This document shows positions 11,301 to 19,428 of a DNA stretch of 64,000 nucleotides, in pieces. Under the pieces are notes generated by a model, which searched no databases, had not been told where the DNA came from, and saw nothing but the letters and a program-made list of their open reading frames with translations. Source of the stretch: a virus; the IMG/VR virus record IMGVR_UViG_3300021364_000017, positions 3,131 to 67,130 of that record; one strand, given 5' to 3'. The translations under genes were made by a program, and so were the position numbers. Within the stretch, counting starts at the first letter, position 1. Each line of letters starts with the position of its first letter.

Positions 11301-11353
11301 TCGGTGGATATTAAATTATCTGAAACTAAATCACCTATTCTGGTTTTTCCCAT
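5363..11353 (-). CDS. Long tail fibre with C-terminal Peptidase S74 intramolecular chaperone
   Basis: 1996 aa; repeated WHxGNDGxGSGLDADTLDG knots; C-terminus GDVTAFSDITLKEDV...GVIAQEVEKVLPEVV...VAYGNLVGLLIESIKEL is typical of S74. Confidence 0.88.
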   Translation of the reverse strand: MGKTRIGDLVSDNLISTDIDNDRVGIGSTLPSSKLDVSGDANISGIITASSANFSGNVSIGGTLTYEDVTNVDSIGLITARSGINVTSGGINAVGVVTATSFDGSLATTDLTGTITNAQLAGSIENSKLSNSTVSYGGVSLSLGGSDATPAFDLSDAANYPYDSLTGITTNIVGDTTPQLGGNLDVNGNDITGTGNINLTGIVSATSYYGDGSTLSGLVTSITAGDNISIDSSTGSVTITGLANTANIVSDTIDTGSLNVTGVSTFNGPGTEVIRIATQTRSASSQEEFGIGFAANVDDTHPAALITYQEFDNDDFRGELAFYTRSSTGDTVPTEKMRITKDGDIGIGTNNPNRRLDVRGSGSVARFGTEDPIGDRIEINVSDPGYPKILNVSSSDTLSVVSRGSVQIAIDSNNSSTDKIFNVVSNGDSGSGTELFRIDEDGEIAASGNINVAGVVTTSKLHVDPVGSGITYNEDLVVQGNARVTGILSIGTSSIVLDANAKTIRGLNEIRLDSDDEDDEPVIFRQRRGKVFFRKTRRNHSNQIVEIEEEASVGIGTTVSVNTSGIITASSFYGDGSNLTGLTHSQVSGVMVNLVDDTTPQLGGNLDLNSNDITGTGNINITGSGTFSGNVSIAGTLTYEDVTNVDSIGLITARSGVDVTGNISVTGTVDGRDIASDGSKLDGIESGATADQTAAEILTLIKTVDGAGSGLDADTLDGISSASFLRSDANDSATGLYSFAAGGYSANVTYGGRSIQTQIDINSTSMRGGVLVRNANDYRSETASASFMHYDAYSTSATSYAFRAAKGTTLADTFWVKGDGSAYFDNDVEVRNGELLVQTGGNNTYGLIKGYDNNNHFIGIRAGVANQSGLSVTAVNKTSFVEYAQNNDSTGWYWLSSHINYGEIMRLTRTAGLQVLGNKVWHAGNDGSGSGLDADTLDGISSASFLRSDTSDTMSGGLTISNSEPQIVLNESDVSTAGRIVVSGSYLWFQAGGTGQGAATSSGNIRITGYNGADLNSLTVRSGGAYNTIWHAGNDGSGSGLDADTLDGLQASSFLRSDTASEITAPLIIDSDNNENGALRIENFVTDTNNDFYFAQEISQTLSGSQVATSDREQGGIYMDINSTNTGGDTSNEHRAYGIYIDLDSTGDADVVNGLYVNATATPTTGTTSSVYGGYFFAEDNGGAGAVSNVYGVQAFAHSDNSNSDTNNQYGGYFKSYCAADSAAVGTAYGVYSEIEINGTTDLYGPCYALRAEIDNNTNVEQTNTSYLLYGNYSGTLPTTAYGVYINNNVPSYFGGGIEIPNGPGTIAGGTFANGWLRIGTSSIGWAFDSNELITFGTCIFGSASGSTLSFTNRPAFNGGTSGSTSPFTVDSTQVVTNLNADLLDGFNAGSFVRSDQNDYKTGGFLRFNDNLNLQMGTDNDISFFYNGSDFYMDFQTAGDSWYIRDSGDNAVFGFSDSGNLSLYKGDLNVGDGGDNSRILIKKADNNVSDHIQFYNGTTRMGEIGCEDTTWLRINQETAKNIFTPRMIRADGGFTVGSGTVWHSGNDGSGSGLDADTLDGQNLDVNATANTVVSRNGSADINCRLLRPNYGNNSYINGALAFRTNNSNDNYVRFCNDTALIRTYLGVTATASDGNYLRSNANDTLSAIITGHASNTEVLRTRSSSYSTKYIYFGGWSSSNSNDISRIRSSGNLHIDSPANGNLYFNWYASNRTIYLGNTGQTVRAAGSNIVWHTGNDGAGSGLDADTVDGIQGSALAPIASPTFTGNVTIPSAIVHDGDTNNYIQFHAVDQFRVVCAGSEVQEWGNNYTKLGDNDSLRLGAGSDYRMWHDGTSTFFRNYNHSQGTVYHQGENTSGTNHSTIIEMYNTARTYVRLYENNGERLRTTSGGVQIYGALTATGDVTAFSDITLKEDVEVIPDALNKVSQIRGVTFTRKDLEDKSRKSGVIAQEVEKVLPEVVTTTEDGTKTVAYGNLVGLLIESIKELKAEVETLKAERN

Positions 11354-11367
11354 ATCCCTTTTCTAAC

Positions 11368-11390
11368 TATTTATAGTTAAGATATAAATA
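11368..11390. promoter_or_regulatory. Back-to-back divergent late promoters (TATAAATA on - at 11368-11375 and on + at 11383-11390)
   Basis: Two perfect T4 late consensus boxes 7 bp apart, facing the fibre gene and the oxygenase gene respectively. Confidence 0.8.
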
Positions 11391-11406
11391 TTTAATAATA
11401 AATTAT

Positions 11407-11991
11407 ATGATGAAAAATTTGTCTGAATTGGGTTGGCAATATTTACCAAAAATCATTACAAAAGAAGAAGCAATATCAATAAAATATAAGAATCTTTGTT
11501 GGTTTCTTAAAGATTTAGGTTCTCTTGAAGGTCATTGGGATAGAGAAAGGGGAAGAGTATTGACTTGTTATGCACCTCCTACATGTGCATATATTATACA
11601 TAGAGTCAAACCAATACTAGAAGAAGCATTAGGAGAAGAACTCATACCTACTTATTGGTTCTCTACTACTTATCATAATAAAGGGTGGATGAACTGCCAC
11701 ACCGATAGACCTTCTTGTGAAGTATCTGTCACCATGAATATATGTGGTGATGCCAAATGGCCTATCAAACTTAAAGATCTCACCGGAAAAAGAAGAGAAG
11801 TTGTAACTCCTGTTGGAGAGGGTCTGGCATATTTAGGTACAATAGTTCCTCATTGGAGAAGTCCATTAAGAACTCATGATAATGATAGATTTATGCAACT
11901 CTTCTTGCATTATGTGAGAAAGAATGGGCAATATGCAGAATATGCATATGATAAAAATCAAAAGTGTTATGATTTACTCAATGGATATTAA
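11407..11991 (+). CDS. 2OG-Fe(II) oxygenase superfamily protein
   Basis: 194 aa; HTDRPSCEVS (HxD), distal HWR, QLFLHYV. It is the only convincing + strand gene in the window. Confidence 0.8.
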   Translation: MMKNLSELGWQYLPKIITKEEAISIKYKNLCWFLKDLGSLEGHWDRERGRVLTCYAPPTCAYIIHRVKPILEEALGEELIPTYWFSTTYHNKGWMNCHTDRPSCEVSVTMNICGDAKWPIKLKDLTGKRREVVTPVGEGLAYLGTIVPHWRSPLRTHDNDRFMQLFLHYVRKNGQYAEYAYDKNQKCYDLLNGY

Positions 11992-12662
11992 TAAATCTTT
12001 ACACCATACTTCTCTTCAAGTTCTTTATTAACTTGCTCCATTGTTTTCATTCCTTGAATAGTCATCCAATTTACCATAGCATAACGAGTTCCCGAAATAA
12101 CTGGTTCTACTTTATGAAGATAATATTCTGACGATGGAAATGCAATTAATAATCCTGGTTCTGGTCTAATACGAATTCTTAGTTCTGGAAATACAAATTC
12201 ACCTCCCTCAAAATCATCATTTAAAAATATTACAGTCGATAAATCTCTATCTGCAGACTTTTTCCAAATTATAGAACCATCAGGATTCTTCCATTTTGAT
12301 ACACCATCGACATGAGCATTGTAGTGTCCACCTTGCCCATATACAAGTAACTGAGGGATTTCGCTATCATTTATTTTAAACCCATAATGAGGATTGATAA
12401 CATTATCAACAATATTTTGATAAAGGTCTTTTACCTCTTCAAGAATATTTGAAATATCTGCACTTTCTACATCTCTTATGTTTAAATCAATCTTACCTTG
12501 ACCAGAAGAACTATTGTTTATTTTCTTTTCATTTGCTTTATGTGGATCAAAAACTCCCATTCTTTCTTTTGTTGTATTCTTTGCATGTTCAATTAAAAAA
12601 TTAATTCCTTCCTTCGATACAACATTTGGCTGTATCAAAATGTTCATTATTGGGTGATTCAT
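11988..12662 (-). CDS. Prolyl 4-hydroxylase-like 2OG-Fe(II) oxygenase
   Basis: 224 aa; HVD...RDLSTVIFLNDDFEGGEF.FP...PEPG.LIAFPS...HKVEPVISGTRY motif set. Confidence 0.85.
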   Translation of the reverse strand: MNHPIMNILIQPNVVSKEGINFLIEHAKNTTKERMGVFDPHKANEKKINNSSSGQGKIDLNIRDVESADISNILEEVKDLYQNIVDNVINPHYGFKINDSEIPQLLVYGQGGHYNAHVDGVSKWKNPDGSIIWKKSADRDLSTVIFLNDDFEGGEFVFPELRIRIRPEPGLLIAFPSSEYYLHKVEPVISGTRYAMVNWMTIQGMKTMEQVNKELEEKYGVKIY

Positions 12663-12679
12663 GGTTTATAACAATAAAA

Positions 12680-13519
12680 TTACTTTTTAAGTTTCTGATT
12701 AAACAATGATTTGACTTCCTTCTTTTTTTCCTCATCAAGACCTGAAAAATATTCACCATACATATCAGTGATTTCTGAAATTCCTTCATTTACACTTTTT
12801 TGAAGACTATCAAGTAAACCAATGGGATCATTTAAATCACCAAATGAACCTTTGATTTTATTGATACCGTCCTTTAAAACAGTAGGAGCAATAGACCTTC
12901 TCATTGAACGAATATTACCAGAATTAATACCAGTTTTTGATGACAATAAATCGTCGTAAGCCTGACTTGCTAGTCTACGTTGCCAATAATTAGGTTGATC
13001 CTCATCATATTGTTCTTTAGTTATCAACTTACCTCCATTTAATTCTATTAGACGATTAATTATCTTATCAAAAAAATCAAGTTCATCCACAGCTTCTTTA
13101 AAACCTTTATTAAGATCCTGAATCAAAATATTTAAATTGAATTCGTCTATATCATACCAACATAATTCTTCTCCACCATCACGAGTCTTCCACCATATTG
13201 GTTCTGTCTTATCCTTTCCTTCCCACTTATAGTTAAATTCTCTAAAAGCTTTTTTTGCATCTACAATTCTAAAAAGTAAAGCTTCCGCAACAGATTTTCT
13301 ATTAACAAGTGCTGATTTGAATGCAGAAGGAATTGTATAGTTATCGTGTATAATAAACTTTTCAATTTGAAAGTTTGTCCTACCCTGTGCAAGTTCTACT
13401 TCACTTTCACTCCAACGATTTATTTCATTTAAAACTTTGAATAAAAATTCATTATTTTCATTCAATACATCAGAAGATGATGCTAAAGCTATAGATTTGT
13501 AATTTTCATTCATAAACAT
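12680..13519 (-). CDS. Hypothetical helical protein linked to the propeller adhesin
   Basis: 279 aa ORF with its own TATAAATA at 13536-13543; no recognisable catalytic motif. Confidence 0.75.
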   Translation of the reverse strand: MFMNENYKSIALASSSDVLNENNEFLFKVLNEINRWSESEVELAQGRTNFQIEKFIIHDNYTIPSAFKSALVNRKSVAEALLFRIVDAKKAFREFNYKWEGKDKTEPIWWKTRDGGEELCWYDIDEFNLNILIQDLNKGFKEAVDELDFFDKIINRLIELNGGKLITKEQYDEDQPNYWQRRLASQAYDDLLSSKTGINSGNIRSMRRSIAPTVLKDGINKIKGSFGDLNDPIGLLDSLQKSVNEGISEITDMYGEYFSGLDEEKKKEVKSLFNQKLKK

Positions 13520-13535
13520 TATCTATTGTTATCAT

Positions 13536-13543
13536 TATTTATA
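13536..13543 (-). promoter_or_regulatory. Late promoter TATAAATA
   Basis: Perfect consensus upstream of the 279 aa gene and the P4H-like gene. Confidence 0.75.
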
Positions 13544-13547
13544 ATTA

Positions 13548-14843
13548 CTATTTTGATAATACTCCCGATGACTGCGCACTTGAACCAGGAGGATAACTGG
13601 GTTGGTTATTTGCAGCGTTTGAAATTGTTTCGTTTGAAAAATCTATACGTTTTGTCTTGATGGGGGTTGGACCTCCTGGTTCAGTATAATATCCATAGTC
13701 TTCTGAAGAAATTGAATTACCAGTGCCACTTACATTTGTAGGATTATTATTTCCTGGTGATGATATTGTCTCATTACATAAATCAAAACGTACAACTGTG
13801 TTATGATATACTAAGTTATTATATGGTGGAGCGGGTCCGCCGTCAAATCCACCGATGAAATAACCATAACTTTTATTATATACATTAGCAGTATTCGCCT
13901 TTGCTGATGGAAGTGTTGCAGGTGAATTTGCCACTGTTTCATTTGCAAAATAAAGACGTTCTATTGTATTTTGATATGGTGGGTAATAAAACCCACTTGA
14001 TCCATTAGCAAAATATGCATTATCTGCAGAATTTGAACATTTATGCTGGTATTTACTTAACACCAAATTATTTCCTGGTAGAGAACTGGTCTCATTTGAA
14101 AAATTAATACGTTGAATAGTTCTAATTGTATTGTTAGGTGTAAAACCACCAGCCCACCAACCATAGTCAGCATTAAATGCTGTAGCAGTATATGCAATTT
14201 TATTACTATTTCCAATAATCATACTACCAGGTGGATTTGACCACGTATTATTTGAATAAGTAATTTTATAGATTGCGTTCGAATATACTCCATATGCGGG
14301 CGCAGATAATCCACCACCAAAGAATCCTTCACCATTACTATCGTCCGATATACCACCTTGATTACGTATTGGAATGAAGGTTGATGTAGTGGTTGAATAG
14401 GTCTCATTTGAAAATGAAAATAGCCTTGTATCTTTTTTAAAACTAGTGGGGTATGGAGCTGTAAAATCACCTCCTCCTACTATATAACCAGTGGTTACAC
14501 TTACTCCTTGAGGATGACCACCACTTGCAGAAGCTCCTTGAAAATCTTGTAAACTAATTGTACCTGAAGCGGGAATGCCTGAGGCTACACCATAATATTC
14601 ATTAATTCCAATGGGATTTGTTCCTCCAAAAACATTTTGAACATCGCTAAGTGAAATTGTTCCAGTGGGAAGAGATCCACTTCCTCCTGTACAATGTGGT
14701 GGATTGGGAAGTGGTACTGGAGACGGAGATGGGGTAGGAGATGGGGATGGGCTTCCAATAAAACTCCATACACCAATATATCTTTTATCTAATGCACTAT
14801 ATCCTTTTGAAAATCCATTATCGTGGTCAAAATAATTATTCAT
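13548..14843 (-). CDS. Putative fibre-tip adhesin: gp38-like attachment segment, Pro-rich linker and kelch-like beta-propeller
   Basis: 431 aa; GTISLSDVQNVFGGTNPIGINEYYG...IPASGTISLQDFQG segment; six blades beginning GYIVGG/GFFGGG/GWWAGG/AYFANG/GYFIGG/GYYTEPGG; start overlaps the stop of an S74 fibre (TGATG). Confidence 0.7.
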   Translation of the reverse strand: MNNYFDHDNGFSKGYSALDKRYIGVWSFIGSPSPSPTPSPSPVPLPNPPHCTGGSGSLPTGTISLSDVQNVFGGTNPIGINEYYGVASGIPASGTISLQDFQGASASGGHPQGVSVTTGYIVGGGDFTAPYPTSFKKDTRLFSFSNETYSTTTSTFIPIRNQGGISDDSNGEGFFGGGLSAPAYGVYSNAIYKITYSNNTWSNPPGSMIIGNSNKIAYTATAFNADYGWWAGGFTPNNTIRTIQRINFSNETSSLPGNNLVLSKYQHKCSNSADNAYFANGSSGFYYPPYQNTIERLYFANETVANSPATLPSAKANTANVYNKSYGYFIGGFDGGPAPPYNNLVYHNTVVRFDLCNETISSPGNNNPTNVSGTGNSISSEDYGYYTEPGGPTPIKTKRIDFSNETISNAANNQPSYPPGSSAQSSGVLSK

Positions 14844-17320
14844 CAGTTACCCTCCTCCAATTTTGCTTTTAAATCATCAATCTGTTTTTGTTGTTCCTTT
14901 ATTGCTTCAATTAATACTCCAACCATATTTCCATAAGCAACAGTCTTTGTTCCATCTTGAGCAGTTCTTACAACTTCTGGAAGGACTGCTTCAACTTCTT
15001 GTGCAATCACACCTGACTGCCTAGGTTCATCATCTATATCTATACGATCAAAAGTTACACCACGAATCTGAGATACTTTATCTAGTGCATTGGGAATAAC
15101 TTCAATGTTCTTCTTAAGGTTGATATCAGAGAAAGCAGTGACGTTATTTGAAGCAGTAATAGCACCACTATTACTAATCCTTACAATATCACTACCGCTT
15201 CTACGGAAAACACAAACTTCTGTAGAATTAGCACCAGCAGCAATGTAGAAACGATTGGAGTGGTATTCAATCTTACCTATATCATTTCCTGGATTTCCTG
15301 ACCAAGTTTCATTACCTTCTTCCAGGAAATAAAGGTTTGGGGATGTTCCATCATTTGAATAATAACGAAGACCCCACTGATTAGCTGCATTTAGAAATCC
15401 AATAGAAGAAGCATTATCTGCATAAAGACTTGCTCTACGAGTCGTTCCATTTGTTTTGAACTCAATTCTTATACTGTTGCCAGCGTCTCTTACCGTCCAT
15501 TGGTCTGTTCCGTCTGAAACAAAATGGCATCCGGTTGCTTCGTTATAAAGTCCTTCTCCCGCATTATAATTACGGAACCAATTATCTGCATAAAAGTCGT
15601 CAGCACGGACATTCTTACCGGAAGTTGCCCAAGTGTAACCATCAAGATTATCAGCATCAAGACCAGAACCAGCACCATCTGAAGTGCTAGTCCAAACTTG
15701 CTGCCAAGGATACCAACCTCCGTTATTCCAACCTGTTCTTAGAGCTATCTTATTTCCAGTATGTGGGGTATAGAGTTGACATAATCCGTTTCCATTTGCC
15801 TCAAAAACTGTTAAAACTCCATATCTGTAAATCCCAGGTATTGCAGATTCTGGGTTATTTGTTCCAGTATATGTGGATGAACTAACAACTCCATACATTC
15901 CAGGTTCTGTTATATCCCAACTTGTAGAAGCACCTAGCGCACTTCCTCTATCGCAGACGAAAGCAGATTTTTGCGATCCATCAAGTAAGTCAGCATCAAG
16001 ACCAGACCCAGCACCATCATTTGCTGCGTTCCATATTTTTGTCCATCCTGCATAACTTCCACTATCATAATGACGGTTATACAAATCACCGTTATCATAA
16101 AAACTACCAGCAATTTGATGTCCCCAACCATTAGTACTATTTGTATGTCTTATGTTTATAAATGAATACCAAGTGTTTGTGGGAGCGTTATTAGCAGTTC
16201 CAAATACATCAAAGAATCCAGATCTTAAATTCTGTGCTGTATTCGTGTTCGCCGTTGTGCCAAGATTATTTGATCCGTATGGTATCCTGTCTGCCTGAAT
16301 GCCGTCAATCGTATCAGCATCAAGACCAGAACCAGCACCATCATTACCTGCGTGCCAGACTGTGCTACCACCGGCAGAGAAAGAACCAGCGTAAACAATA
16401 CTATTGCCACCGTTTTTATAAGTTGTATCAGAGCAGAAGTGCCAAGTGTTAGTCGAATCGTTGTGCCAGACATGATCGATATTGCTTCCGGTTCTGGTTG
16501 CGAAAGCACCGTCCGCGTCGTTTGCTATAAAAGCACCGTTATTAGAGTAAAAGTCCTTACCATTAGAACTTACACCGCCACTAAGTGTAATCTGACCAGT
16601 AGCAGTACTATTGGCATCAGACCTCAGGAAACTTGAAGCATGAAGTGTATCAACAGTATCAGCATCCATACTATTTCCAGCGCCTTCGTCTGCTATAGTA
16701 AGAATTCTACTACCATTAACTTTTGCGACTCCATTACTCCCTGGTAGTAAATTAATACCACCAATTAAAGTTGTTCCACCTTGTCCAAGCGCAAGATCAG
16801 CACTAGCGTCCCATTTAAGCAAAGTTCTGATATATCCGTTAGTATATCCAGCAATTCTCTGACCACTTCCAAATGCAAATGCTACCTCTGTTGCAGTATC
16901 AGTTCCAGTGCCACCACCGGGAGGGTCAAATGTTGCAAGTGTGGAGTTACCAACAAATGGTCCACCAAAGGTAGTTCCTTTTATATCAAGTGCGTAATCG
17001 GGATTAGTTTTTCCAATACCAATTAATGGTGTTGTTTCAAATGGTGCAAGTAATATAGTTCCATCTGAATTTACATCAATACTTGGAACACCAGATACAT
17101 CATTAACTGAAAAAATACTACCGCTGGTTAAATTATTCGTGACTGAAAATAATTGTCCAGCACTTCCTTCAAAAGATAAAGTACCCCCATCAAGGTCGAT
17201 TGCACTAACAGTGATTGTAGATGAACTGCTAGAAGTTGCACCAGTAAATTCAATTTTAGGGTCATCAGTGCTTGACCCACTATTAGGAGTTATAAGAATA
17301 TCTTTATCAGAAAGTGCCAT
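14843..17320 (-). CDS. Tail fibre with C-terminal Peptidase S74 chaperone
   Basis: 825 aa; GSGLDAD repeats; C-terminus VTAFSDINLKKNIEVIPNALDKV...GVIAQEVE...VAYGNMVGVLIEAIKE. Confidence 0.85.
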   Translation of the reverse strand: MALSDKDILITPNSGSSTDDPKIEFTGATSSSSSTITVSAIDLDGGTLSFEGSAGQLFSVTNNLTSGSIFSVNDVSGVPSIDVNSDGTILLAPFETTPLIGIGKTNPDYALDIKGTTFGGPFVGNSTLATFDPPGGGTGTDTATEVAFAFGSGQRIAGYTNGYIRTLLKWDASADLALGQGGTTLIGGINLLPGSNGVAKVNGSRILTIADEGAGNSMDADTVDTLHASSFLRSDANSTATGQITLSGGVSSNGKDFYSNNGAFIANDADGAFATRTGSNIDHVWHNDSTNTWHFCSDTTYKNGGNSIVYAGSFSAGGSTVWHAGNDGAGSGLDADTIDGIQADRIPYGSNNLGTTANTNTAQNLRSGFFDVFGTANNAPTNTWYSFINIRHTNSTNGWGHQIAGSFYDNGDLYNRHYDSGSYAGWTKIWNAANDGAGSGLDADLLDGSQKSAFVCDRGSALGASTSWDITEPGMYGVVSSSTYTGTNNPESAIPGIYRYGVLTVFEANGNGLCQLYTPHTGNKIALRTGWNNGGWYPWQQVWTSTSDGAGSGLDADNLDGYTWATSGKNVRADDFYADNWFRNYNAGEGLYNEATGCHFVSDGTDQWTVRDAGNSIRIEFKTNGTTRRASLYADNASSIGFLNAANQWGLRYYSNDGTSPNLYFLEEGNETWSGNPGNDIGKIEYHSNRFYIAAGANSTEVCVFRRSGSDIVRISNSGAITASNNVTAFSDINLKKNIEVIPNALDKVSQIRGVTFDRIDIDDEPRQSGVIAQEVEAVLPEVVRTAQDGTKTVAYGNMVGVLIEAIKEQQKQIDDLKAKLEEGN

Positions 17321-17349
17321 TTACTTATAAAATTCCTTTTATTATGTAT

Positions 17350-17994
17350 TTAGATACCAAATCTTCCTCTGAGTGCATTAAAGTTTTGTTGAACTTCTGA
17401 TGCTGTAAGAACTCTATTATAACAAATAAGATTTGCTATTTGACAAGTAGTGACCTGAGTTGGTCTACCGTTTAAATTCCACCCGTTTGGTCCTGCACTA
17501 CCATTAGAATTTGTTACTTCATGATCAGCATTGATATAAAGAGAATAACTATCGGAATTTAAATCTCCAGTTCCTGTAAACATTCTCCACGTTGTATCTG
17601 CTGTGGGTGATGAAATATTATTAACCCATCCTTCCGCATAATAATCTCCATAAGTTGTGTCATGATGAGCCAATAACCAATTATTACTATATGAATTTAT
17701 GGTTCTTCCAACATCCCCATTGACATTCTTTCTTACGAAAGACATTACAGTATAATTACTAGATGATAAATTTAAACTTGTGTTTTGTCCGTATCCATTT
17801 AAATCGTCTGGAAAATTTAAAACACCAGCAAATGAATTTACATGAGTAACTGCAGAACCCAGTGTAATATTATGTCCATTACCACTTATATCGGTCCAAG
17901 TAGTTCCACTACCTGGATATGATTTTGTATTTCCTGCATCAACAAGCATTACTAATCCGTTAGTAACTATTCGTGGTGAATGTGCAAGTCCCAT
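17350..17994 (-). CDS. LamG/concanavalin A-like lectin domain protein
   Basis: 214 aa; N-terminal IVTNGLVMLVDAGNTKSYPGSGTTWTDISGNG and C-terminal YNRVLTASEVQQNFNALRGRFGI. Confidence 0.8.
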   Translation of the reverse strand: MGLAHSPRIVTNGLVMLVDAGNTKSYPGSGTTWTDISGNGHNITLGSAVTHVNSFAGVLNFPDDLNGYGQNTSLNLSSSNYTVMSFVRKNVNGDVGRTINSYSNNWLLAHHDTTYGDYYAEGWVNNISSPTADTTWRMFTGTGDLNSDSYSLYINADHEVTNSNGSAGPNGWNLNGRPTQVTTCQIANLICYNRVLTASEVQQNFNALRGRFGI

Positions 17995-17995
17995 A

Positions 17996-18235
17996 TTAAT
18001 CTCCCTCAGAAGTCCATTCTTCTGTTTCTAAAATGTCGTTTATTTGTGTTCTGGTATACGGACCTTCTACTTCCGAATTGATAACAAACTCGGGTGGCAT
18101 ATCACCCTCCCAATTCACATAAGTCTTTGTTTGATCAACAGATTTACGCAATGTATCTTCAGTAGGATCTGTTATATAAGTCCAATCAAGGTTAGAAATT
18201 TCTGTTGTGGAAATAACGTAATAATTTGCTGACAT
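17996..18235 (-). CDS. Small acidic cyanophage protein associated with LamG genes
   Basis: 79 aa; TLRKSVDQTKTYVNWEG...EGPYT; CTAAATA promoter variant upstream at 18253-18260. Confidence 0.7.
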   Translation of the reverse strand: MSANYYVISTTEISNLDWTYITDPTEDTLRKSVDQTKTYVNWEGDMPPEFVINSEVEGPYTRTQINDILETEEWTSEGD

Positions 18236-18255
18236 AATAGAAATATTTTAAATAT

Positions 18256-19428
18256 TTAGATACCAAATCTTCCTCTCAGGGCAATGAAGTTTCTTTGAAT
18301 TTCTGATGCTGTGAGTGCTCTGCTGTATATGGAAAATGTTGCTATCTTACCATTAGTAAATTGATTTGTTGTGTGTTGAGACCTCATTAAGAACAAATTG
18401 GTATTTGCCAAATTAATATCAGTCGTCATAGTAAATGGAGTTCCAGTTAGTGTATTATTAATGTACATACTACAAGTTCCACTAAGTCTTTTAAATACGA
18501 CATTATACCAAACACCAGTACTTGGAGTCCAACTAAATGTCCCTCTCAACGCACCTTCAGCATAAACGTTAACTCCACTTGCACCTGTTTGATATCTAAA
18601 CAATAAAGTATCCGACCAAGAACCATTTTCAAATATAGTATCAACATCAGTTGTATCAAAGTTAATCCAAGTAGAATATGTGAAGTCATTAGTTCTTGGA
18701 ACTAATCCACTGTTTGATAGAGAAATATAAGTACTATCACTTGTGATATCAAAGTATCCATTAGTAAAAGTAGGACTTCCATTTACAGTAGCATTCCTTC
18801 CATTACCACTTAAATCTAAAGTTCGTTCATTAAAACTACTATCAAGTGTATATTCTTTCGTGAACTCAGTCGCAGTTGACCCTCTTTCTATTTGTAATCC
18901 ATCCCACCATACATTTATTCCAGTACCACCAGATTGTGGACCATCAAGTCTCATTTGAAGAAATGCTGTATTTGAATTTGAAAATGTTCCGGTGTATGAT
19001 ACTCTCGTCCAAGATGTTGATATATTCACAGTCGTATTAGGAATTTCAACAAATGTCCCACCTGAATTCGCGCCGAATAGTAAAAGTTCGCCGGTAGTGC
19101 TTTGAGATGCCTTGACATATACACTTATTGTCCAAGTTTCTCCAGAGACAGCATTGGCAAGATTCCATATTGATGAGTTATAAGAAACGATATGTGGATC
19201 ATTATTAGTCACTGCCATTTTCAATGGAGTATTTCCTACTGGAGAAGATATTGTATCTCTCGATAAAGTACTATTTGATGCGTTGGCATCGCCTCTGGTA
19301 TCAACATACCATCCATAAATGTCTGTTCCTCTTGGAAAAACATTTGGACTGAATGACTTCTTATTGCCTGCATCAATTGCTAATACCAATCCATCTTCTT
19401 CTGAGTTAGGTCCTGAATATACTCCCAT
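18256..19428 (-). CDS. LamG lectin protein with an inserted carbohydrate-binding (CBM-like) domain
   Basis: 390 aa; DGLVLAIDAGN leader, TISVYVK...WTRVS...WDGLQIERGSTAT insert, LamG tail ending NFIALRGRFGI. Confidence 0.75.
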   Translation of the reverse strand: MGVYSGPNSEEDGLVLAIDAGNKKSFSPNVFPRGTDIYGWYVDTRGDANASNSTLSRDTISSPVGNTPLKMAVTNNDPHIVSYNSSIWNLANAVSGETWTISVYVKASQSTTGELLLFGANSGGTFVEIPNTTVNISTSWTRVSYTGTFSNSNTAFLQMRLDGPQSGGTGINVWWDGLQIERGSTATEFTKEYTLDSSFNERTLDLSGNGRNATVNGSPTFTNGYFDITSDSTYISLSNSGLVPRTNDFTYSTWINFDTTDVDTIFENGSWSDTLLFRYQTGASGVNVYAEGALRGTFSWTPSTGVWYNVVFKRLSGTCSMYINNTLTGTPFTMTTDINLANTNLFLMRSQHTTNQFTNGKIATFSIYSRALTASEIQRNFIALRGRFGI

